Shown here in pieces: positions 28,567-37,400 of a stretch of DNA of 64,000 nucleotides. The translations under genes were made by a program, and so were the position numbers. Source of the stretch: an uncultured Pseudomonadales bacterium (GTDB lineage: Bacteria > Patescibacteriota > Microgenomatia > UBA1400 > UBA1396); NCBI GenBank assembly GCA_964598125.1, contig CAZRAG010000002.1:373-64372 (forward strand). Reading direction: 5' to 3'. Position 1 is the stretch's first letter; each line of letters starts with the position of its first letter. The notes beneath the pieces are model-generated. The model did no database searches. It saw nothing but the letters and a program-made list of their open reading frames with translations, and was not told the DNA's origin.

Positions 28567-29685
28567 TCATTCTCCCAGCTCCCCGACCTTGCCGACCAAC
28601 TCCACCAACCGGTTACAGTAGCCCCATTCGTTGTCGTACCAGGTAACGATTTTCACCATGGTGCCATCAATGACTTGGGTCAGATTTAAATCCACCAAAC
28701 TCGACTCGCTGCGACCAATAATGTCATGGGAAACCAAAGGCTCGGTGGTACAGGCCAGAATTCCCTGCCAGCGAGGTTGCTGGGCAGCTGTGGCCAACGC
28801 CGCATTGACTTCATCAACCATCGTGGGCTTTTTCACTATATAGGAAATATCCGAAATGGAGCCGGTCGCCACCGGCACGCGCAAGGCCAGACCATCGAAT
28901 TTGCCTTTCAGTTCTGGAATTACCAGCGTGGCTGCTTTGGCCGCACCGGTTGAAGTGGGCACAATGTTTTGGGCTGCCGCTCGGGCGCGGCGTAGGTCCT
29001 TGTGTGAATTATCGTGCAGATTTTGGTCATCGGTGTAGGCGTGAACCGTAGTCAACATGGCTCGCTCAATCCCGAATGCCTCAAGAATCACCTGAGTTGG
29101 CGGCGCGATACAGTTGGTGGTGCAAGAAGCGTTGGAAATAATCGTTCCCCGGGGGTGATTGTGGAGTTTGGCGCGAATGGCTTCGTTGTCATCAACCCCC
29201 AAAACGGTAGTGGTAATACCTTCATCCTTGCCTGGAGCAGATAAAACCACGTGCTTTACTCCACCTGCAAAGTGGAGAGCGGCTTTGTCAGATTTGGTAA
29301 AAGCGCCAGTGGAATCAATGACAATTTCCGCTTCGTAACGTTGCCAGGGAATGAGGCTGGGGTCGCGCTGCGCCGTAAGCGTAATAATATGGAGTTGACC
29401 GTTGTGATCGGTGACTTCGATGGTGCCAATTTCCGGATACTCGTCGGTGGCTTCCTTGACGCTGCGATAGCGATTTACGCGAAAATCATTCGCCCAGACA
29501 CCATAGTTAGAGTCATATTTCAGCAGATGTGCCCAGTCTTCCACTTCCATGGAACCAGAGGTGTTGATGGCAACGAGTTCCAGATTCGGCAGTTGCCCAG
29601 CAAGATATTTTTTCCACCAAACACGGGTGGCGGTTCGACCGATGCGACCAAATCCGTTAATAGCAAATTTTGTGTGTGAACTCAT
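28567..29685 (-). CDS. gap: glyceraldehyde-3-phosphate dehydrogenase (type I)
   Basis: 'INGFGRIGR' Rossmann motif. 'ASCTTNCIAPP' active-site Cys motif. 'WYDNEWGY' C-terminal motif. Confidence 0.9.
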   Translation of the reverse strand: MSSHTKFAINGFGRIGRTATRVWWKKYLAGQLPNLELVAINTSGSMEVEDWAHLLKYDSNYGVWANDFRVNRYRSVKEATDEYPEIGTIEVTDHNGQLHIITLTAQRDPSLIPWQRYEAEIVIDSTGAFTKSDKAALHFAGGVKHVVLSAPGKDEGITTTVLGVDDNEAIRAKLHNHPRGTIISNASCTTNCIAPPTQVILEAFGIERAMLTTVHAYTDDQNLHDNSHKDLRRARAAAQNIVPTSTGAAKAATLVIPELKGKFDGLALRVPVATGSISDISYIVKKPTMVDEVNAALATAAQQPRWQGILACTTEPLVSHDIIGRSESSLVDLNLTQVIDGTMVKIVTWYDNEWGYCNRLVELVGKVGELGE

Positions 29686-29888
29686 CTTTCCAGTGTAGCA
29701 AGTTGGCGCAGAATGAGAAACATTGGCGAATTGGTGTGGCAGCCTTATTTACATATTATAGGCTCAAAAGTGGTATAATATCCTCTGGCGAAAAGATGTT
29801 TCTGTTTTTCCGTTGCGGAAGAATAGAGTGACTTTAACGCCAAGATCGTGAAAATGTATCCTGGCCTCATGGAGGGGGCCCCATAATC

Positions 29889-30677
29889 ATGCAGAAAATG
29901 CGTTTTACCTCACTCGTTTTGCTTGTTCTCTTCGTGGTCGCGCTGGTCTTTGCAGATCTGCCGACTGTCGCCAACGCCCAAGAGGGCGACACCTGTGCCG
30001 ACGGCTTGACCTCGCAACTGCGGGTCGGTATGAGTGGTCGCGTGACGTTCACGGACGGGACGCCCACCAACCTGCGCAAACAGCCCACCAGCCCAGTTAT
30101 TGTGGTCGCCATGCCCGAAGGCCATGAGTTCACCGTTATTGGTGGCCCCACCTGCGACAATAATTTGTATTGGTGGCAGCTCGAAACCGAGGATGGCCTT
30201 ACGGGCTGGGCCGCTGAAGGACGCGACGAGATCTACTGGATCGAGCCGCTTCCCGCCGCTGGCAACTTGCCTGGTCGCGAAAATGCCACCGCGACACCTC
30301 AGATCCCCGTTGTCGTTACTCCGCAAAACCCGCCGTACACCGGCACCATCCGGTTCACCCGGATGGTTCAGGCAAGCTGTACCATCGAGCTGCTGAGCAC
30401 CTGGGCGTGGACTGAGAATGATCTCGCCACCTTCCAAGCGGCAGCTAGCGAACCGGCGGAGCAGATCCTTGAGGCGGTATTCACCGCCCTGGTCGAAGCA
30501 GCCGACGAGGGCCAGTCCCTGCCCTCGCGCCTGGTCATTCGCGACATGCAGGATAAGGACACGGGACAATTCGTGACCGACGTCACCTGGGGAGCTGGCA
30601 ATAACGAGATGGTCATCGAAACCCTCCTCAGCCCCCGTGCCATCGAACTGTGCGAGGCCTTCGAAAGCCTCGACTAG
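29889..30677 (+). CDS. secreted protein with a bacterial SH3-like domain, encoded in a GC-rich (~65%) islet
   Basis: Signal peptide 'MQKMRFTSLVLLVLFVVALVFADLPTVANAQ'. 'NLRKQPTSPVIVVAMPEGHEFTVIGG...WWQLETEDGLTGWAAEG' is SH3b-like. GGAGG Shine-Dalgarno sequence upstream. The antisense 273-aa ORF is a GC artefact. Confidence 0.6.
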   Translation: MQKMRFTSLVLLVLFVVALVFADLPTVANAQEGDTCADGLTSQLRVGMSGRVTFTDGTPTNLRKQPTSPVIVVAMPEGHEFTVIGGPTCDNNLYWWQLETEDGLTGWAAEGRDEIYWIEPLPAAGNLPGRENATATPQIPVVVTPQNPPYTGTIRFTRMVQASCTIELLSTWAWTENDLATFQAAASEPAEQILEAVFTALVEAADEGQSLPSRLVIRDMQDKDTGQFVTDVTWGAGNNEMVIETLLSPRAIELCEAFESLD

Positions 30678-30757
30678 CATCTTCATCTTCACGCAAAAAA
30701 AGCTCCCAGGGCTAAACACCCTGGGAGCCAAACATTCATCTAAAAAAAATTCAGCGG

Positions 30758-31777
30758 TTACGCTACAAATTCCAGTAACTTATCCCAATCGAACGATTTT
30801 TGACTTTCTTCAATCGCCTGCTGACCTGGCAAGTTACCACTCACTAAATACTCCATCACCGCTCCACCACCGGTAGAAACGTGATTAAAGTTCTTGTGCT
30901 CAAAGCCAAGCAAATCAATCGCGGCTTCGGTATCACCACCACAAATGTAACTAAACACTTTCGTCTTGGCTAAGGAGTTGGCAATGTACTCAGTACCAGC
31001 CTGGTGATCGGTATCTTCATACTTCCCAACCGGGCCATTCCAAACAACGGTTTCAGACGCCTTAATGAAGCGATCAAACTGCTCCATACTTTCATGGTTA
31101 ATATCCAGGCCATCAGCAGTCAGTTCAGCCACAATAGCTTTACGATTTTTCTTTTCAAGCTCCTCTTTGCGACCATCGGCCAATTTGCCACCAACCAAAA
31201 AGACATTGAAATGATCGAATAATTTATCAAGATATTCGAGCTTATCTTCCTTCGCGCCACCTAAAATAAGGGTAAGGGGCCGCTTAGGGACATACACAAT
31301 CTGGCGCAGAACCTTGATTTCTTTTTCGAACTGCCGGCCCATGACGGTCGGAAGCAAAGTTGGTAGGGTAACCACCGAAGCGTGTTCGCGGTGTGCCGTG
31401 GCAAAAGCGTCATTCACATACACATCAAATCCCTTGGCCAACTGCTTGGCAAAGGTTTTGGAGTTTTCTTCCTCACCAGCGTCAAAACGCAGATTTTCAC
31501 CAAAGGTAACTTTGTCATGAAATTTTTCTTCAATGCGGGAGAGAACCAGATCGTTGATTGGTTTGAGATCGAGCTTCTTAACTTTTTTCCCATCAGGACG
31601 ACCGCGGTGTCCAATCACATGTACCTTGGCGGCACCCTTTTTCAGAATGTATTGCAGAGTGGGAACGCCATAGTCTAACCGAGTGGTGTCGAAACCATCT
31701 TGGTTTTCGGGTAAATCGAGATCGAGTCTGAGGAGAACTTTTTTATCGCGCAGGTCAAGGGACTTGAGATAATACAT
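30758..31777 (-). CDS. pgk: phosphoglycerate kinase
   Basis: 'LDLRDKKVLLRLDLDLP...', 'VNDAFATAHR', 'ILGGAKEDKL' and 'GGGA' motifs. ~340 aa. Confidence 0.9.
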   Translation of the reverse strand: MYYLKSLDLRDKKVLLRLDLDLPENQDGFDTTRLDYGVPTLQYILKKGAAKVHVIGHRGRPDGKKVKKLDLKPINDLVLSRIEEKFHDKVTFGENLRFDAGEEENSKTFAKQLAKGFDVYVNDAFATAHREHASVVTLPTLLPTVMGRQFEKEIKVLRQIVYVPKRPLTLILGGAKEDKLEYLDKLFDHFNVFLVGGKLADGRKEELEKKNRKAIVAELTADGLDINHESMEQFDRFIKASETVVWNGPVGKYEDTDHQAGTEYIANSLAKTKVFSYICGGDTEAAIDLLGFEHKNFNHVSTGGGAVMEYLVSGNLPGQQAIEESQKSFDWDKLLEFVA

Positions 31778-31811
31778 GCCGGTATTATACCGGATAAGCA
31801 AAAAATGTGGG

Positions 31812-31908
31812 TTTGTAAGAAATGTGTGACTTACAAATGAATATTTTAGGGAAAAGACGAGTGTATCGTTCTATTTTAGAGTTTGTAAGAAATGTCACAC
31901 ATTTCTTA
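31812..31908. promoter_or_regulatory. two 'GTTTGTAAGAAATGTG' palindromic boxes in the divergent pgk/pyrH intergenic region. The second is the perfect palindrome 'GTAAGAAATGT-CAC-ACATTTCTTAC'. Possible operator sites.
   Basis: Read directly. Repeated 11-bp arms with a 3-nt spacer. Direct repeats 'TTCTTACTTTT' follow. Confidence 0.4.
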
Positions 31909-32058
31909 CTTTTTCTTACTTTTTCGAACTTTTTGCTTTACAATACCAATAACCTTCAATCTGCTTGAAGATTTTTGTGGCAACAAAAACAGCAATGGCC
32001 ATTAAAGAGAAGTCGCGATCATAAATAATCAAAACTTCTCACCCAAAGAAAGGACAGC

Positions 32059-32802
32059 ATGTCTAAAAACGCCGGATACCAACGAGTCATGATCAAGGTA
32101 GGAGGCGAATCGCTCATGGGCGACCGTGAGTACGGCATCTCTAACGAAGCAGCTGTCGAAGTGGCCAAGAAAATACAAGAAGTACACGACCTGGGAATCC
32201 AGGTCGCTGTTGTAGTGGGGGGTGGAAATATCTTCCGCGGCCTCTCCGCCAGCCGCTCCGGTTTTGACCGCGCCACCGCTGACTACATGGGCATGCTGGC
32301 TACCGTCATGAACGGTCTGGCCTTGCAAGATGCCCTCAGCCAAATCAATGTCCCCACTCGCGTGCAGTCCGCTCTCACCATGCCGGAAGTTGCCGAACCT
32401 TTCATTCGTAATAAAGCCCTCCGCCACCTCGAAAAAGGCCGCGTAGTTATCCTCACCGCCGGCACCGGCAACCCGTACGTCACCACCGACACCGGCGCCA
32501 CCCTCCACGCCTTGGAGCTCCACTGCCAGGTTGTCATGAAGGCTACCAAGGTCGACGGCATCTACAACAAAGATCCTATGAAATTCCCGGACGCCAAACG
32601 CTACAAAACCGTGACCTATCGCGACGCCATCACCATGCCAGAAATTCAGGTTATGGATACCGCTGGACTTTCCATGAGTATGGAAAACAACATGCCTATT
32701 CAGATTTTCAAACTTTTCGAGGGCGACAATCTCATTCGCGCTTGCCAAGGCGAAGACGTGGGTACACTTGTAGCCAACAACGTTGAAACTGTGCTGGAAT
32801 AA
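32059..32802 (+). CDS. pyrH: uridylate (UMP) kinase
   Basis: 'VMIKVGGESL', 'VAVVVGGGNIFRG', 'ATVMNGLALQDAL', 'VVILTAGTGNPYVTTDTGA' and 'KATKVDGIYNKDP' are UMP kinase motifs. Confidence 0.9.
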   Translation: MSKNAGYQRVMIKVGGESLMGDREYGISNEAAVEVAKKIQEVHDLGIQVAVVVGGGNIFRGLSASRSGFDRATADYMGMLATVMNGLALQDALSQINVPTRVQSALTMPEVAEPFIRNKALRHLEKGRVVILTAGTGNPYVTTDTGATLHALELHCQVVMKATKVDGIYNKDPMKFPDAKRYKTVTYRDAITMPEIQVMDTAGLSMSMENNMPIQIFKLFEGDNLIRACQGEDVGTLVANNVETVLE

Positions 32803-32911
32803 GGTGTCCCCTTACTCAAGTGTCTCAACTTGAGCTTGATCAACCTCTCACCCACTACCTTCAATAAATCCCTATAATGGAAATGGTCGTAGCAAGTAAT
32901 ATCTGATTATC

Positions 32912-34219
32912 ATGAAAAGCAATCTGCCAACAAAGGTCATTTCCATTATTGTGAATCTGCTTTTGTTGATTGTGCTGCCTTTGGTCGTCCTTTTTGGCCC
33001 CGTTCAGAGCGTTTCTGCCGATACTATCTATAACCAATGCCGAACCCTCGATAAATCGCGCTGCCCTACGGATCAATTCGACCACAATCATTGTTTGGAC
33101 TTGGTGTCGCAGTATTATGCGGAGATCGGTCAACAAGTTATCCAGGACCCCGAGACCGACAACTGGACCGAAAACAATTGCACCGTCACTGTTTCTGGCT
33201 GTTTTGTACCTATTCCCAACCACAATCACTCTAACGGTAGCCCCTTGGGAGTGTGTGTTGCTCCGGTTGATGAGGAACCAGCGGAGGTCGTGAATTGCGA
33301 TAACGTCCGCTCCACGAGCTACCGCGACCAATGTCCTTCAAGTACGTACACACTGTGCTTTGATACCAATAATCACCCACTGCCCCGATCCGTGGCTGAT
33401 GTTGATTGTCGAATTAATCCACCTGGTCCAGATGAATTGTTCTTTTTTTATAATCAAGAATCTTTCGATCAGCAGGCAGGTTTAGCTACCGCTGATTGTA
33501 GTGTTGGTCAGCCCCTTTCTGAGGAATATCCTGATATTTGTGGTGACGACCGTCCAATTTCCTGCATAGCTGCGGGACGCTATCGCTGTTGTGCCACGCA
33601 AGATGATTGTGATGACATTGGCGGAACAAAACAGGAATGTATGGCTATCCCAGAAGTTAGTGCCAATCTGAATGACTGTGAAAATAACACGAGCCGCCCA
33701 AGTCTCTGTACAACCCAAAACACGGACGGTTCCAAGAATTACTTCTGTTGCTCGTCTGACGATGCTTGTGAGGAAGAAAAAGATGGCACCCCAACCGAAC
33801 CGCTTGTCCAAAAGGAAGAAGACCCGGAAAAAGGTTCCGACTACAACTACTGCAAGCAAGTCCCCTCAGACCAACGCGATGAATGCCAGGCTTGCATGGG
33901 TGCTTGGAGCTCAAGTGAAAAAAAGTATGCCAATGAAGGAAAGAAAATCTATACTGCCGTGGGTTGTGTTCGAGTTGAAGGCGAAGAACTCGCCGCCGAT
34001 TTGATTAAACTTTTGCTGGGTATTGGTGGTGGTGTGGCTCTTCTTTCCATGTTGGCGGCAGCCTTTAAGTTCACTATTAGTAAAGGCGATTCCGGAAAAA
34101 TTAAAGAGGCCAAAGAGCTCATGACGGCCGCTGTGTCTGGCTTGCTGTTTCTCATTTTTTCGGTGATTATCTTGCAATTTATTGGCGTGGAAATTTTGCA
34201 GATTCCGGGACTCGGATAA
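32912..34219 (+). CDS. secreted Cys-rich protein with a C-terminal double-helix hydrophobic hairpin (VirB2/TrbC-pilin-like topology)
   Basis: Signal peptide. About 40 Cys in the extracellular part. C-terminal 'LLGIGGGVALLSMLAAAFKF...KIKEAKELMTAAVSGLLFLIFSVIILQFIG'. Confidence 0.6.
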   Translation: MKSNLPTKVISIIVNLLLLIVLPLVVLFGPVQSVSADTIYNQCRTLDKSRCPTDQFDHNHCLDLVSQYYAEIGQQVIQDPETDNWTENNCTVTVSGCFVPIPNHNHSNGSPLGVCVAPVDEEPAEVVNCDNVRSTSYRDQCPSSTYTLCFDTNNHPLPRSVADVDCRINPPGPDELFFFYNQESFDQQAGLATADCSVGQPLSEEYPDICGDDRPISCIAAGRYRCCATQDDCDDIGGTKQECMAIPEVSANLNDCENNTSRPSLCTTQNTDGSKNYFCCSSDDACEEEKDGTPTEPLVQKEEDPEKGSDYNYCKQVPSDQRDECQACMGAWSSSEKKYANEGKKIYTAVGCVRVEGEELAADLIKLLLGIGGGVALLSMLAAAFKFTISKGDSGKIKEAKELMTAAVSGLLFLIFSVIILQFIGVEILQIPGLG

Positions 34220-34413
34220 CAGAAATATCTTTTGGGAAAGACCGGCTGTCGTTATTACCTTGGGCTAAAGATTCTTCTCTCTCCAGCCTGCGCAATTCTC
34301 CTCAAAATACCTTGTTACTCATACATTGCTTCGTCGAATTGAGCTCTCTCCCAAAGAGTATTTCTGCTATTACTCACCATAAAAATTACCTGGGAGTTCG
34401 ATATACTGACTGA

Positions 34414-37400
34414 GTGGGAGTTACCAAGCTCAAATCAGTTTCCATGCGGTCTCGTAAACGGAGATCGCTTTCTTTTGCCATTCGGCTCCCAAAGCTCCCT
34501 CAATTACTCTTACTCACAGGCCGCAAACGCTCCCGCTGGCCACTCTTAGTGGGTCTCCTCTTCTTGTTGATCGCCCTGCCCACCGCGTTTTATTTAAATT
34601 CGCGAACGCCTGAAGTCGAGGCCGCCTGGTGGAACGCGGGGTGGACGTATCGGAGGGCGATACCAATTACCAATAGTGGAAGCGAACAGACTAATTACCA
34701 AGTTGCCCTTTCTTTAGACACTCAATCTCTTGTGAGTGAAGGAAAACTCCAAGCTGATTGCGATGACATTCGCGTCACAGATGTGAATGGAAAAATCCTT
34801 CCACATTGGGTTGCAAATTGTGGAACATCATCAAGTTTAGTCTGGACAAGGATGCCACAAGTTCCCGTTTCTGGTGCCACAGCCTACATTTATTATGGAA
34901 ACGCCACAGTTGAAAGCGGCAAAACACCAATTGGCACTGAGAGCTTCCCCGCCCTCAATTGTCGAGCCATCATGGATGCTGGGGATGATTCTGGCACAAC
35001 AGCGTACTGGATAGATCCTAATAATGCCGATTTTACCGATAAATTTCAAGCTTATTGCGACATGACAAGTGATGGTGGTGGTTGGACGCTCATTGGAAAA
35101 GGTCGTGAAGGCTGGAACTGGAACAATAATGGACAAGGCACTCTTACCGACCTCGCCCAGAATCCAAACACAGCGAGTGTTGCTTTCATGCCAGCAGCCA
35201 CTATTGATCAAATTATTGGTAAAAATGTCAATTCTCTTACCGATGGGGTCCGTGTCTACCGATTCGGAGTCAACCAAGACTGGCGTTTTTCCTATCCCAC
35301 AATGACTACTTGGGATTGGGTAATGGACACAAGCAAAACGGCTACGGTGATATCTCGCTCACCCAGTTGCAGTGGTTCTACGTCTGGTAATACTCGTGAC
35401 GCCTACTGGTGTGGCGGAGGTAATGATTGCGATCGCATTTTCACTTGGGACTGGGCAAGTCATGCCTACATCAAAGGTTGGAGTGCCGGGTCCTCCTGTA
35501 GCTGCACGGCCTATGGCAGTGATGGCTGGTGCAATGCTACCGAAGGTCATGTTATTTTGCGAACCCAGGTTTGGGTCAAGGAACCCCCAGCAAACAGAAA
35601 TGGGATCTCCGCCACCTCTCCACAAGCGGAAGAAACCACCCCTGGCCCCATCGCCTACTGGAAGTTTGACGAAGGCAGCGGTACACAGGCAAAGGACAGC
35701 AGTAGCAATCAAAAACATGGCACCCTAAATACACCACCTGATTGGAAACCAGAAGAAGAATGTATCAGTGGTAAGTGTTTGTACTATGACGGCACTAACT
35801 ACGATTCCGTGAATATTGCTGATAGCGGCACGAATGATCCGCTTGATATGGGAACTAGAAGTTTTAGTATTTCATTTTGGGAAAAACCTCTTGACTATAC
35901 GTATCCCAAATCATTTTTCCCCATTAAAGATGGTAATGCACCCTATACTGACGGTGCTGGCCACGAAGGATGGTCTATTGCCGACAACTATATTGCCAAT
36001 GGCGTAAACTTCAACCTCAATGACGGCACAAATCGTATTAGTGCAACCCTCGCTTTTAATTCTGAAAATTCAACGGCTCATTTAAAAAACAAGTGGACTC
36101 ATATGACGTATGTCTTTGATCGCACAAATAACGTAGCATCCGTATATATAAATGGAGTAAAGCAGACAGCCGAAGTAGACATTTCCTCTGTAACTGGTTC
36201 AATCTCCAACTCTTCCTCGCTCACTATTGGCTACGGAACAGGCTGGAAATTTCATGGATACCTTGATGAATTTAAAATTTACCCTTTTGTTGTCACTCCC
36301 GAACAGGTGCAGCAAGACTATAACCATGGTTACTCCACCATCATTGGTCAACAAGACCAAGGTGCCCTTTCCGACGGTCTGGTTGGTTACTGGAAAATGG
36401 ATGAAGCCAGCTGGAACGGCACCAGCGGCGAAGTCATTGATAGCAGTGGGAATGGATACCATGGCACCAGTGCGAATGCCCTCTCCACGAGTGTGGGCAA
36501 ATTTAGCAAAAGTGGAAGCTTTGATGGTGTTGATGACCGCATTGATCTCCCAAACTCGATTGGTTACTCAACCCAAGTTTCCAGTTTTTCCTGGTTTAAA
36601 TCAGATGGAAATTCGCCAGGCTCACATCACATCATTTTTGGTGGTCCGGAACTTGAACTTACCGTGAGCAACGGTGGTGTGCTCAGAACGGGAGTAACGA
36701 CCAGTAGTGGTCGAACCTATTTTGATGGTGGATCAGGACTCACCGATGGCAATTGGCATCATATTGGTTTTACCTTTGATGGCTCTACCATGGTCATGTA
36801 CGTTGATGGTCGAGTTGTTAACACCCGCAATAATATTACGGGGACACTTACTTCATCCTTTTCCTATCGTCGTATTGGCCAATTCGGGAATAATACTGGC
36901 TATTTTGCCAATGGCTACATCGATGAAGTCCGTGTCTACAATCGTGCCTTAGCGACTGACGAAGTCACCAAACTCTACCAGTATGCCCCTGGTCCCGTTG
37001 GGTACTGGAAAATGGATGAGGGAAGCGGAACCACCATTGCAGATATGAGCGGGAATGGCAACACGGGTACTTTTGTAAACTCTCCCGTCTGGACCAATGG
37101 GCAATATGGACCAGCCCTCAGCTTTACCGGATCGGACTACGTAACCATCCCCTTTTCCTCAACAATCGCTAATAACTACACCGTAAGTGGTTGGATCAAT
37201 TTTACACAAAGACCAAGCGGCACAGACCCCAACCGAGCAGGAGGGATCATTGGTGGAACAGCATCACCTAACGGAACAATCGAATTCATCGCTACGTACG
37301 CCGTAAGCGGTGAAACATCCAAAATCGGTTTGGGAAGAATGTCAGATTTCTCAACTTTAGTGAGCACCGATTCATTTCCTATGAATCAATGGACGTATGT

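Noticed and set aside
29910-30731. 273-aa minus-strand ORF (and similar antisense ORFs at 13765-14121 and 13924-14193)
   Set aside because: They lie antisense to signal-peptide genes inside GC-rich islets. Long stop-free antisense frames are expected at 60-65% GC, and their translations have no protein-like features.
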